Shown here: positions 1-12,427 of the stretch, one piece after another | Layout: each line of letters opens with the position of its first letter | How positions within the stretch are numbered: the stretch's first letter is position 1 | From: Felis catus | Taxonomy: Eukaryota | Assembly: GCF_018350175.1 (NCBI RefSeq) | Contig: NC_058379.1 | Span: 38,378,001 to 38,442,000 of the forward strand | Length of the DNA stretch: 64,000 nucleotides | Direction of reading: 5' to 3' | Translations under genes and position numbers: made by a program | The notes under the pieces: generated by a model | What the model was told of the DNA's origin: nothing | The model's input: the letters and a program-made list of their open reading frames with translations, nothing else | The model's database searches: none

Positions 1-170
1 AGAGAGGGCACAAGCAGGGAAGAGGCAGGGAGAGAGGGAGACAGAGGATCTAAAGTGGGCTCTCTGCACTAACAGCAGAGAGCCCGATGCGGGGTTCAAA
101 CTCACCAGCCGTGAGATCGTGACCTGAGCCCAAGTTGGACGCACAACCGACGGAGCCACCCAGGGGCTCC
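1..170 (-). mobile_element. Carnivore tRNA-derived SINE (CAN-SINE/SINEC), cut by the window start
   Basis: Reverse complement of SINE head (GGAGCCCCTGGGTGGCTCCGTCGGTT) and body, then a (CT)-rich segment. Confidence 0.95.
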
Positions 171-1479
171 TGCTGACTATTGCTATATATACCATGGTAA
201 CTGGTGTTCGTAATGAAGGCTCCCGTGTATGTCAAGATGCCAAATACTTTCTGGAACAAAGATTCTAATTACACACCGTACAGGTTTAGTATGCAAGTAA
301 ATTGTCTTGCATTGTAGTCGCTTAAAAAAATGCCTGTACTCAAGGAGGTTTGATTAAGGCTTCAGCAGATGGAGAACTTACTGCATTTGTAACTATCACA
401 TAACCTTGGGTTTCTCAAGGTAAACGGTTCATCAGATAGTTGTCACACAGTTTACCTCCAGCTAATGAACTATTGGCTGTCATCACCCCAGGAACTGGAA
501 TAGTTACTTAACAGGAACATTTAATTAAGTCAGAACTCCATCTACCTCTTTTCTCCAAACTTCTGATAACCTTTCCACCAGCACATGACTGTGGGCTTTT
601 TAATAAAAACCATCTTGGAGAGAAGGAAAAAAAAAAAAAAAAAAAAAAGCCTCACTTCATCACCGAAGATGCGGATTTCGTTATTTAACAAGTAAGTTCT
701 GTTCTGACGACTTTGCAGACACAAGCCCACCAGATTTCTGCCCTTAATTCCCCCACCTTAGCTCATCTGAAAAGCGCATTCTCAGCAAGTTTTCACACAA
801 TTTCCACATTGTCTGATTTAGCCAAATCAGCCACTAGAAGCTTATACAGGATTAAAACATTAGCATTCTCTTACATCTTGGTCCAAGGATAAATTCTCTG
901 TATAGCTAAGTTTAGGTGATGAGCAAACCCCTGAAATGCTAGAGCACCCAAGGACTGACTTCCTGTGCACCTGCTGCCGTGAAATCATGGGATAGGGAAC
1001 ACAGAAAACCTCCTACCAGGCTACACAGGTTAGAAAGGACGACCATCTGTTTATCTCCTCTCACTTTAACTGTAGCGAGTTGTGTGTTTGCTTCAGTCAT
1101 ACAGGGAAGGGAGATACAGGGCAAGGCTTTGTGAGGATGCAGGGGACAAGACCCCAAATCTCAGGAACCTTTTCTTGCCGGCCCTTACCTCACTTTCTTC
1201 CAGTATCGTGTACCCCCTCCTTCCTCCTCATAGCCTCCCCGCAATGTCTGCGGCGGATCTGTTTTTATGGGGAATGAACAGGTGTCCCTGTGAACAGACT
1301 AGGGGCTGGTTGGCAAAACTAGAGTTAAATAGAGAGTCCCAAAGGGAAACGATTAGAATGATGACCTGTGGTCGAAATACAGTCAAGGAGACGAAGCTTG
1401 TTTGATTTAAGGAGAGAGAGGGAGCTTTATATTGTCAGTAAAACGACTGAAGTTATACTCTTCCCACTTAAGGTTCTTT

Positions 1480-2257
1480 ATTTTTTTTATATATTTAAAT
1501 TTTACCCAAGTATAGTCGACACACAATGTTACATTGGTCTCAGGTATACAACATAGTGATTTGATAATTCTGCACATTACGCTATGCTCACCACAAGGGT
1601 AGCCACCGTCTGTCACTATGACAATACTTTGGACTGGGTTCCCTACGGTGTGCCTTTTGTCCCTGTGACTTATTCCATAACTGGAAGCCTGTATCTCCCA
1701 GTCCCCTTCACCCATTTTATCCATTCTCTACTCCCTGCCCCTTTGGCAACCATCAGTTTGTGCTCTGTTTTTATGGATTTGTTTCTGCTTTTCGTTTGTT
1801 TTGTTTTTTAGGTTCCACATATAGGTGAAATCATATGCTATTTGTCTTTCTCTGACTTATCTAATTTAGCATAATACCCTCTGGGTCTATCCATGTTGTT
1901 ACCAATGGCAAGATCTCTTTCCTTTATATGGCTGAGTAATACTCCATTGTGTTTATATACGCACACACATAAACGTATATACCACAACTTCTTTATCCCT
2001 TCATCCATTGATGGACACTTAAGTTGCTTCTACATTTTGACTGTTGTACATAATGCTGCAATAAACATAGGGGTGCATTTATCTTTTCGAATTAGTGTTT
2101 TTGTTTTCTTTGGGTAAACACCCAGTAGTGGAATCAGCGGATCGTATGGTAGTTCTGTTTCCATACTGGTTTCCACAGTGGCTACACCAATTTACATTTC
2201 CGCCAACAGTGCATGAGGGTTCCTTTTTCTTCACATCCTCACCAACATTTGTTATTT
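1480..2257 (-). mobile_element. 5'-truncated L1 3' end (end of ORF2 plus 3' UTR; carnivore L1/L1MA9-like)
   Basis: Typical L1 3' UTR and ORF2-end sequence in antisense; degenerate TSD CTTAAGGTTCTTT (1467-1479) / CTTAAGACTCTTT (2258-2270). Confidence 0.9.
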
Positions 2258-3024
2258 CTTAAGACTCTTTTCAATCCCCCAAACTTAAGCGCTGTGGGCT
2301 GGTCTAGCTCAGCTGCTGGAGATGATGTTCCGACAAATTCAGGGAAGATGGTTAGCACAGTTTTGGAAGGAGTGTTTACGAGGCCTACACATCTTCTATT
2401 TCATCAGCTCTACCTACATTTGCCAGTTATTCTAGGCGTTCTATTCTTTAGGTCATCATCGTAGATTTGATAAGAATTTCTCCGTAGAGCTCTGATAAAG
2501 CTATATCATCATACCATTTTAGTATTATGGATTATCACTTGATCAATTTAATTGGTATTAATTATCTAATGAAGCTATATTGTCCTCAAGCGCCATAGTT
2601 GTGTTCCTGAAAATAGTTGTGTTCCTTATATGCTGCAAAATTACACGCTAAAACCAGCGGGACTTGGGAAAAATGGGGTTGAAGGAGACCACTGGAAATC
2701 TGTGTAACTTTGTAATCAGAGAAGTAAAAGCCAACAAAACAAAAAATTGCAACCCTTATTAAAATACCAGCACAGTTAAATCTCTACTGACTTTGTGTCT
2801 ATGCACACAGACCAGATGTCATATCAGCCTTATACTCTGGGGCTCATGTTGCCTCTATCAAGATTTAGATCCTCGAAAACATTTACCTACGATAGACCAG
2901 TTTTGTCAATATCAAATGTATAATCTGGGGGTAGGATTCTTCATCAATTTTTGTTGACATAGGAAAAAATGTCTTTGTAAATGCTTCATCTGCATTTACA
3001 GCTTCGCCATATAGTTTAACATAG

Positions 3025-3205
3025 AGGCAGCTTCAGCACTGTGCGGAACTTTGTTAACTGTAAGTTCTTAGACTGTCCTCCAGACCCACTGAGCCACAAA
3101 CCCCTGAGGATGCAGGCTGGGAAAGAGGGAGAGCCCAGAAATCTGCATTTCAACCAATTTTCCAGGTCATTCTGATGCGGGTAAAGTCTCAGGACAATTG
3201 TCCTA
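3025..3205. mobile_element. MER5-type hAT-Charlie DNA transposon relic
   Basis: Segment GCCCAGAAATCTGCATTTCAACCAATTTTCCAGGTCATTCTGATGC resembles MER5A; degenerate. Confidence 0.65.
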
Positions 3206-3472
3206 CTTGAAATGTCTCTGTTCTTGAAGGCACTACAGCAGCCACTTCTTGGAGAAGGCATTTTGCACGACGTCAGCTTTTCCCATAAGGTCTTCAAAAT
3301 TGCTAAGACTTTGAGTTAATTGTGAGAAAGCTGGCTCCCGATCTTGTCAGAACGGGATCACACCGGAAAAACCACCTGATGTTCCAACAGGACATCTTGA
3401 TGTTAAACTGAACCAAATCCCCATTGATCGGTTGCATCTGAACGGAGTCATGGTTAATGAAGCTTGTGTTTT

Positions 3473-3501
3473 TTTTTTGTTTTTTTTTTTTGTTTTTTTT
3501 T
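3473..3501 (-). mobile_element. Poly(A)-only retroposed insertion flanked by a direct repeat
   Basis: TTAATGAAGCTTGTGTTTT at 3454-3472 and 3502-3520 flanks an almost pure T tract. Confidence 0.7.
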
Positions 3502-3559
3502 TTAATGAAGCTTGTGTTTTGCTAAACATACTGTGAGAGAACAGAAGTGTTGGGTACAG

Positions 3560-3725
3560 CGAGAAGAACATAGGTTTTAGGGCCCAACTGAGGTGAGTCT
3601 GAAAATTCACTATCTCCCGAGACCTCTCCTCCTCCATCTGCAAAGGAGTATCATTGAGAAGCACTGTGTCTAAGTGAAATGATACATGTAAAATGTCTAG
3701 CATACAGTGGATCCATAAGTAAATT
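3560..3725 (+). mobile_element. MIR relic
   Basis: MIR core-like CCTCCATCTGCAAAGGAG...AAATGATACATGTAAAATGTCTAGCATA. Confidence 0.6.
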
Positions 3726-3769
3726 CTAATTCCCCATCCTTCATCGTTTACCTTATAAAACCAGTTTTA

Positions 3770-3994
3770 GGGGTGCCTGGGTGGTTTCATCAGTTAAGCA
3801 TCTGACTCATGATTTCGGCTCATGTCATGATCTCATGGTTTGTGAGTTCTAGCACCGTGGAGCCAGCCTGGGATTCCCAGTCTCTCTCTCTCTACCCCTC
3901 CCCTGCTCATGTTTTCTCTCTCTCTCTCTCTCTCTCTCTCCCTCTCTCAAAATAAATAAACTTTAATAATAAATAAATAAATAAATAAATAAAT
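3770..3994 (+). mobile_element. CAN-SINE (older subfamily) with (TAAA)n tail
   Basis: GGGGTGCCTGGGTGG head, (CT)n, A-rich tail. Confidence 0.93.
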
Positions 3995-4417
3995 AACAAT
4001 TTTTATAAAAAGAAAATTAAAAATAGAAGCTCAATACATTTGAATAGATCTGATATCTGGTTTCATTCAAGATTGTTCTATATTCTTCGTGTGCCTGACT
4101 CTTTCTGGCCCTGCCTCTTACACGATGTCAGGCTGTGATGTGCATTGTGAGTCACATTAAAGTTAAAATTCTACCTGATGGGCTTCAGGGTGATTGCTTC
4201 ACTGTCTACTAAATCACCAAAAGTTATTTTAGAAATAAATTTAGTAATTTAATAATTGCTTATTAAGTATAATATTAATATAATATAATATACAGTTCCA
4301 TATAATAATTAATCATCATTTCATACTGATGAAGACGTCCCAAGTATTACCCCTCCGTAAAAGATGGTGACGGCTATAGAAATAATAGCAATTTCTTTTA
4401 AACACCTACCAATATTT

Positions 4418-4631
4418 GGGGCGCCTGGGTGGCGCAGTGGGTTAAGCGTCCGACTTCAGCCAGGTCACGATCTCGTGGTCCGTGAGTTCGAGCCCCGCGT
4501 CGAGCTCTGGGCTGATGGCTCAGAGCCTGGAGCCTGTTTCCGATTCTGTGTCTCCCTCTCTCTCTGCCCCTCCCCCGTTCATGCTCTGTCTCTCTCTGTC
4601 CCAAAAATAAATAAACATTGGAAAAAAAAAA
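4418..4631 (+). mobile_element. Young felid SINE (SINEC_Fc type)
   Basis: Full head GGGGCGCCTGGGTGGCGCAG; perfect flanking repeat TTTAAACACCTACCAATATT (4397-4416 / 4632-4651). Confidence 0.97.
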
Positions 4632-4724
4632 TTTAAACACCTACCAATATTATAGTGGTAGTGGTAGCAGTAGATGTTAAAAGCAGTAGTTCTAATAATA
4701 TTAATTGTAATAGTCCACGTTATA

Positions 4725-4835
4725 TCTACGAGAGCAGAGGCAAAGTCTGTTACGGCCACAGCAATATTCCCAGTGCCTGACACAGCACCAGGAATGGAAT
4801 ATGTGCTCAACAAATATTTGTTGCATGAATGAATG
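4725..4835 (+). mobile_element. L2 3' end
   Basis: CCCAGTGCCTGACACAG...TGCTCAACAAATATTTGTTGCATGAATGAATG, the typical L2 terminus. Confidence 0.8.
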
Positions 4836-5952
4836 TCATGTTTTAGGTAATTCAGAGGGATGGCATCTGTATCTTCTCTGCACCCCCATACTGCCAACAC
4901 TTGGTAGGCTGAGAAGATTATTAATTCAATTTTACAAATAAATAAGAAGCGCCAGGAAGGTAAAAGGACAGACAGAAACACAGCAAGGTCTCAAAACCGG
5001 TTATTGACAGAGCTTCTGAGTTTCACAACTTAGAATCTATAGAGACACAATCTGCTCTGAAATATTTAGTCTGGAGATGCGTTAGCTTCCCAATGTGGCT
5101 TTCATCCTCTCGAAGTTTATATTTAGTGTTGGCAGTTGCCTGCCAACATATGCTTTGACGAAAACACTAGGTTCGGAGGTCCCTCGCAGAAGCATTCAAG
5201 AGAAGGTGAGAGATAATGAATTTCTTCCTGTGGGCTCAGAGCTAAAAACTTCCGCCTAATGCCGTGTTATTTCTGTTTAAAATAAAGCACTCTGGAACTT
5301 TTAGTAAAATAGGTTGTTTTAAGCGTATCGTGTCATTGCTCTCATGGCTACACCACGGAATCTGTGATCTTCAGAGAAGACAGCTTCCATATGCTAAACA
5401 AGTATGTCTGACGTCATTCTTTTGTCGTTAGGCAAGTTGGCAGTCCAAAGAAATACTGGGCTATGAACAGACATTCTATAATTTATTAGTATAGATAAAG
5501 TATGGGTAACTTTTCCTAAGGAGGATAAGCCAATAGTTATGGACAGACGGGCAAGAACAAAACAGGAATCATGGAACTGAGCAAAATCTACCAGATGAGA
5601 AATCCAAGAGGTATAGAGTCAAATATTACTGAGTTAAGAAAACGGGAGACGCAATTTTTAATCGCTCAGCAGTGTCTGAATAAGATACAAAATATAAAAC
5701 AGTCAGTTGCCCCTTCCCAGATAATATGAAAAGCAATGAAATACCCACATAGACTCAAGTAGACAGTGTGAAAAATTATTTATGCAGCTTAATTTAGAAT
5801 GTTCTATTCTTCCCTGAAGCGTTTGATTTTTCTTAGTCCTAGTAAAAATAGATCATAGTAGCAAGTAAAACACTATTCCAGTCCACTGCAAAATGATAGC
5901 TATGTGTAAAGGATCGTTGATATGGAACTTGTGCTTAACAATTCTCTCTCCT

Positions 5953-6047
5953 AAATGGGTAAGGGGCATTAAGGAATCTACTCCTGACCTCAGTATTGCA
6001 CCATATGCTAACTAACTTGGATGTAAATTAAACAATCAATAAATTTT
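5953..6047 (+). mobile_element. Very short (~95 bp) 3' end of a felid/carnivore L1
   Basis: GGGTAAGGGGCATTAAGGAATCTACTCCTGA...ATATGCTAACTAACTTGGATGTAAATT plus A tail; TSD AATTCTCTCTCCT (5940-5952 / 6299-6311). Confidence 0.8.
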
Positions 6048-6061
6048 AAAAAAGAATTCTC

Positions 6062-6291
6062 GGGGCGCCTGGGTGGCGCAGTCGGTTAAGCGTCCGACTT
6101 CAGCCAGGTCACGATCTCGCGGTCCGTGAGTTCGAGCCCCGCGTCAGGCTCTGGGCTGATGGCTCGGAGCCTGGAGCCTGTTTCCGATTCTGTGTCTCCC
6201 TCTCTCTCTGCCCCTCCCCCGTTCATGCTCTGTCTCTCTCTGTCCCCAAAAAATAAATAAATGTTGAAAAAAAAATTTTTTTTTAAAAATA
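6062..6291 (+). mobile_element. Young SINEC_Fc-type SINE
   Basis: CpG-intact full body; TSD AAAAAAGAATTCTC (6048-6061 / 6292-6305). Confidence 0.97.
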
Positions 6292-6820
6292 AAAAAAGAA
6301 TTCTCTCTCCTTCCCTCTCTCAGATGATGTTTTATTAAGGTAATGCTATCTGAATGAAATTTTGATTTTTAAATTTGTTTGTTGGACAGAGAGATGTAGT
6401 CCCAACATGGAGATCGGGAGACATGGAGAGTCTTCTGAGAGGCCCAGACATCGTTCTGCTTTTGCTGATGCTCGCGGGCTTGATTTCAGCTAGATTGGAA
6501 GATCTGAAAATCTCAGTATGCCTTTCTGAGCAGTTTAAAAGAATCAGAAGTAGTTAAAATTTAGAAACTGCATAAAATATAATGTATTTAAATCCGAAAC
6601 ACTAGGGAGACTTTTTAAAATTTTTTTTGGAGCTAGGAGCTGATCTCGTCGGATAGGAAAAAAATAGAAAGCATTATTATCTCCCACTCCCAATTCATTT
6701 GAAGCTGAGGAAAATCTCATTCGATTTCATTCAAATTATGCTCTGGCTCTGTGTGAATGATATATGTTATTTGAGAAAATGAGGGAGATGATCGCCCCTC
6801 GGCTAATAGCCCATGACGAG

Positions 6821-6882
6821 ATGTGTGTGTGTGTGTGTGTGTGCGTGCGCGTGTGCGTGTGTGTGTGCGTGCGCACACACGT
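6821..6882. repeat. (TG)n/(CG)/(CA) compound microsatellite, 62 bp of perfect purine-pyrimidine alternation
   Basis: Read directly from the sequence. Confidence 0.95.
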
Positions 6883-7759
6883 CTTATAAGTGGTGGCTTA
6901 TTTTTTTTTTTTTTTTGCAAAATACCACAGTTAATGTGTTTCAGGGGATACGAAGAGTTCTATGGTCAAGTTTATTAGGAATAAGGTTAAATAGTAATTG
7001 ATTTGTAGCACAATTACCATTTTGATTAATTTAGTCTTTCCCTTGCCAAGAGGTGGTGGGAGGGTCATGCTAATTGCCTTTTGAATTACTATTTTGAGTG
7101 TCTGGTACTGGCGTTGAAAAGTCCTTTTAAATCACCACTGTATGTCAAAGTCAAGTATTTTATTCAGTGCGGTTTCTAATTAAAGTTACAAGAGGGCTTG
7201 TCAGTCACTGGGAAGTAAGATATACATTGAACAAAAATACTCTTATCCTGAAATTTTGTCCCTGAAAATGATGAGAATTTGTTCTTAGTGGGGGAAAAAA
7301 GAGAGACTCTGCAAAGATTGTGCCAGTTCAAGGAAAAAAGTTTGGACAGGTACGGTATGATTTTGAGGACTATTATCGTTCTCTGTCCTGCTTCTCATCC
7401 CCTTCCCACATCAAGACTGGCCCATCAGGATATGGCACTGGGCAGCCTTCTGTCCAACCAAGAGGTTCCCCCTCCAGCCGTAGAGAGACCCTGTTTGCCA
7501 GGCCCCCCAGTCCTCCATCCCAGCTGAGTCCCGTCTTTCCATATATTTTCTCTTGTCTTGTCCTCTCTAGAGTGGCAGTCATTTGGTGTGGGGTGATTAG
7601 TTAACCACTCCCTAGGATCCCAGCTACAACCTTTGCATTGTAGTTGGATCTCCAGAAAAATATCGAAGAATGTTAAAGAACGCCTGTGATAATATTTCCC
7701 ATGTGGTTAAACGTAGGAAGCAAGAAAATAGCATAAGACAACGGTTCCTTTCAGAACCC

Positions 7760-7845
7760 CTGAAACTAAGAACTAAGCTGACATTCACAGGTTCCGGGGA
7801 TTAGGACATGAACCTATTTGGGGGCCATTACTCAGCGACCAAAAA
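7760..7845 (-). mobile_element. MaLR (MLT1-type) LTR terminal fragment
   Basis: TCACAGGTTCCGGGGATTAGGACATGAACCTATTTGGGGGCCATTA resembles an MLT1 5' end in antisense. Confidence 0.6.
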
Positions 7846-7906
7846 CACTGTGTATGAACATGGTGCTTGCTGCTTGCCTTGAGAGATGCAGACCAACCTA
7901 GGGTTT

Positions 7907-8126
7907 AAAAAAATTTTTTTTCAGCGTTTTTATTTATTTTTGGGACAGAGAGAGACAGAGCATAAACGGGGGAGGAGCAGAGAGAGAGGGAGGCACAGAA
8001 TCGGAAACAGGCTCCAGGCTCTGAGCCATCAGCCCAGAGCCTGACACGGGGCTCGAACTCACGGACCGCGAGATCGTGACCTGGCTGAAGTCGGACGCTT
8101 AACCGACTGCGCCACCCAGGCGCCCC
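7907..8126 (-). mobile_element. Young SINEC_Fc-type SINE
   Basis: Full antisense copy; TSD AACCTAGGGTTT (7895-7906 / 8127-8138). Confidence 0.97.
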
Positions 8127-11100
8127 AACCTAGGGTTTTAGATTCGAACGTATCCCTAATGATCGTATGGGTGAGTAAGGGAGGTGAGATATATGTATGA
8201 GCAACAGACAGAAAGTGAGGTTGCAACAAGATTTTTGTAGACAGAAAGTCATGGATGTTCAGAGGGGGGGAAATTATTGGAGAGTAAGTGGAAAACTCCC
8301 ACTCAAAGTAGTGTTTGAGCCTCGAAGGGAAATAATGCAGAAGTAAAGACCAGGAAAGGCAGGAATAGGGCAAGCAAGGAACTGGTAGGGGGTGGCTGGA
8401 CAAACCATGCCTAAAATTTTATGTTGACATGAAGTGGTGGGAAATGTTTCAAAAGAGAGTTCTTGAATGCTAGGTGAGGGGCTTTCATTATATCGGTAGA
8501 TAGCAGGAAAGCCATTGAAGCATCATGTGTAGAGGCATAGAAAGATTATACTGGTGACAGCAATGTGTGCCTGGGCATTTTTGCAGTGTGGACCGCACAC
8601 GCAGACCTGAATTCAACATGGCATCCTCGCTGGGAAACACACCAAGGCAGAACGTGCCAAGGAACTAGAGGTTCAGGGATGGACGCTAACACATTGCTTT
8701 TCTAGAGGAGATACTTTGATTCTCACATGCATGTGGTATACCCTGAGACAGAATCAACAGAATGCTGTAAAACCCAAGAGGACCCAACCAGCTTTGCAGA
8801 CTCTCTCTGCATCAATTATTTAGGCTCAGATTATTACCTACAAAATCAGATTCTCTTGAGATTTATGATTAGTGCTGGCAGTGTTTGGTCTTTTTCATGA
8901 TGTAGCTAAAAAGGAAAAAAAAAACACTCAAAACCATGGCCACTTGAGAAGACCATCATATTTATATTGGTAGTATTACCCATTTACTAGGTTTCTGACC
9001 TTGAATAGACCTCTTTAATCTCTTTGAACTTTAGCCATAATAGTAACACCAGTTTTACTAACTCACAGGCATGTTTTAATGAGATAATATGAAAGTGGCT
9101 TTGTACATCCAAAATGGTGTCACAAAAATTAGTTCATATTCCAAAAAATGATACAGCATCTCTCATTTGTTGAGAAAGTATTTCTCACGGGGTGTTGCTG
9201 CATTGGTTACAATGCAGATCAAGCTAGGAGAGTAAATTGGGCCACCTCGGAGGTGTTGATTCCTTAACCGGGAGCATCTAAGGTTGCCTGATGTCCATCT
9301 GACTGGTTTCCATTTTGGGAAGTCATGAAGACCACAGCCATCTGACTTGAGGCAGATACAGAGAGGGAGGCTGATAAATCAGGAATTTAATTAACAGAGT
9401 GACTCAGGTGGAAAGGTTAGAGCCTAACTGGGTTTCTGTTTACATTAAACAGATGTGATTTGTAATCTGACTCAATCAGCAAGAAATTACATGCATCTTG
9501 AGGCAGAAATATCATGGATGTAAATATTCTCTTTTGGGGGAACAAGAAACACTCAAGAAAATGACAACGTTTCATCTCTTCGTGTGGTCTTATTTTAGGG
9601 ATGCTACGTCTTCTCTCCAGACCACAAATAGTTCCCTTCTTGCCCACCCCATCCCCACCTCCACGTTTGCCTTAATCAAAACCGAAAGTACTATTCTCTC
9701 GGTGCCCCAAAGTACTCACGGTAGATACTTACAGGTACCGTGATGAATGATTCCCTGCTCATATCTCGGCAGTTACTCCAAGAGTTCGTAGCTGCTATTT
9801 CAAGATAGGTAGAGTAAGAATTGAAGCCGGGATGCTGCCTTAAAAACAATCCTACTATCAATCAACTCGTATGAGCTCATTGGGAGCAGATGGTGTTGGA
9901 GAAGTCTTCCCCCTCTGCGGTGCAAGAACAAACTAAGCTTCAATTGAAACACTGGAATGTGTTCTCTCTCCTCATAGGAGACTGTTGGTTTCTGTCAGTG
10001 TAACTGAGGGAGCAAACCATTGAGGGAGAGGCTGAATCCAAACAAAAGGATGACTGAGCAGGAATTCAGGGTCTCTACCTTCAGGACTTCTCTACTGTGA
10101 CCCAGAGCCTCAGAACTTGGGCTCAGAATCATCCACATGTTCTCCTGCAAAGTATTTCTGGACCCTCACTACCACAGTGCGGGACCCAAGATGTTGTTGA
10201 TGCGTAAACCATGACCACGAACAAAGGAACATGAAGAGAGAGGAGGGCATTTCTGGAGATGAGCTTCATCTCCAGACTTCATCTTCATGACTCAGCTCCA
10301 TCCAGATCCTTAGCATTAGGGTCTGCAGCTCCTTTGGGGGGGGGGCCTCCTTTTGCCACTTGTCCTTGGATCCCAAAGTCATTCCTCCAGGCTAGCAAAG
10401 AAAGAAGCAAACACTCAGATCTGTTTTTTCCAGGGTGTATGTTGACATGTGGGGAAAGCTGTTGCTAGTTCTGAGTAGAAGGCACAAGAAGATGGAGACT
10501 GTGTGATCATGCTTCTCCAGAGCAGAAGGCTGCTCAGCCAGCAGGATACCTGATGCCGGGGGTGGGGTGCACCTGGAGGACGAATGCTCAGCCCCCGTGC
10601 TGGGGCAGGTACTGAGCATCGGGAGGTGAATGCTCACAGTCCTAATCCTGACTCTGGGCCAGCTTCTGGCTGGTCCGCTGCACTCACACCAAAGCCAGAT
10701 TATTTCCTTGAGTTCCTCCGTTTAGTTCCTGGAGGGTAAGATCATTTTCCAAAGCACCTTCGGTCTATCTGGTTTGGCACCTGCCCCCAATGCCTCTCAC
10801 GCCTTCCCCCCGCCCCACTCTAGTTCCTATCCTCTCCCTTACTTCCCCTAGCCCTGGCTTCTAGGCTCCTCTCTTGGTCTTTCCATTCTGCTGCCCTACA
10901 TTATCTGAGAAAAAAAGAACTTTATTAGCTGCCTCAGCTCTCATCACTTGGTAACCCTCATGACTCCTTTCTCCAGAGCCGTTAACCTGGACAGATGCAT
11001 CAACTTACTCTCCGCCTCAGGGGTCAGCCTCCGTCTGAGACTCCAGGAGCCATTCCGACTCCCAGGGGAGGATACACAAGTAGCCACTCTAATGCAGATC

Positions 11101-11998
11101 TGTCTAGACACAAGCCTTCTTGCTTAACAGTCCCCTCCCTATGTCCTCCGCGTGATGGCCTATATCTGGGAATATCAACGGTCACACTCAAGAAGTCTCT
11201 GATTGAAGATCTTTAAGGGAAAAAAGTCCGTTTGTGACTTCAAGTAGAACTCCGGGCCTTTGCTCGTTTAGAATATTGGCAGAAGATTCTTACCGCACTA
11301 CTTTGAAACATTTGTTCTCTGTTGCCGACAATAAGAGGCTTCCGGGTGCAGATGTGATTGTGGTTGTCAAGAGCCAGTAGAGATGAATCACCACCAGGAG
11401 TCTCTGTGCCTGAACAACCCCTAAACTGGATGTAGGGGAGGTGTGCCCTCCTCATAATGTCCTTCTGATAGTTCTTCCTCTTGTGTTTAACGAAAGCTCA
11501 GAATTCAAATGAGCTTATAAAATAAAGATAGGTCTCAAATCAATAACGTAACTTTATACCTTAAGAACCTAGGAAAAGAAGAGCAAATTAAGCCTAAGGC
11601 AAGCAGAAGGAAGGACGTAATAGAATAAAACAGAAATAAACAAAGCAAACAATAGACAAACAATAGAGAAAGATCAATGAAACCAAATGTTGAGTTTTTG
11701 AAAATATCAATAATATTGACAAAGCTTTAGCTAGACTGGTCAAGAAAAAAAAAAAAAGAAAAAAAGAAAAAAAGGAAGGCTCCTTAGTAAAATCTGGAAC
11801 TAAAGAGGGAACATCACTACCAGATTCTAAGAGAAGATATAAACAATTATATGCCAATAAATTAGATAATCCAGATGAAATAGAAACTTCATAGAAAGGC
11901 ACAAACTACTGAAATTGACTGAAGAAGAAATAGAGAAATTAAATAGATTTCTAACAGTAAAAAGATTGAATTAGTAATTAAAAAAAAACCTCCCGCAA

Positions 11999-12220
11999 GG
12001 GGCGCCTAGGTGTCTCGGTCAGTCGAGCATCTGACTTCAGCTCAGGTCATGATCTCATGGTTTGTAGGTTCAAGCCCCTCTTCGGGCTCTGTGCTGACAG
12101 CTCGGAGCCTGGAGCCTGCTTTGGATTCTGTGTCTCCCTCTCTCTGTTTCCCTCCCCTGCTCATGCTTTGTCTCTCTCTCTCTCTCTCCTTCAAAAATAA
12201 ACATTAAAAAAAATTTTTTT
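11999..12220 (+). mobile_element. CAN-SINE nested in the old L1
   Basis: GGGGCGCCTAGGTG head, body, (CT)n and tail. Confidence 0.95.
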
Positions 12221-12369
12221 AACCTGCCCCAAAAGAAAAGCCCAGATGTTTTTATGGGTTTTTATGCATTTTTATTCTGCCATGGGAAAAACATTTAAAG
12301 AAGAATTAACACCCATCTTTTACAAACTCTCCCATAAAATAGAAGAGGAAGGACAATTCCCAACTCATT

Positions 12370-12372
<3 letters not shown>

Positions 12373-12427
<55 letters not shown>

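Noticed and set aside
2595-2780. 14-bp direct repeat ATAGTTGTGTTCCT and possible Tigger relic
   Set aside because: Repeat is real but trivial; family assignment too uncertain to list.
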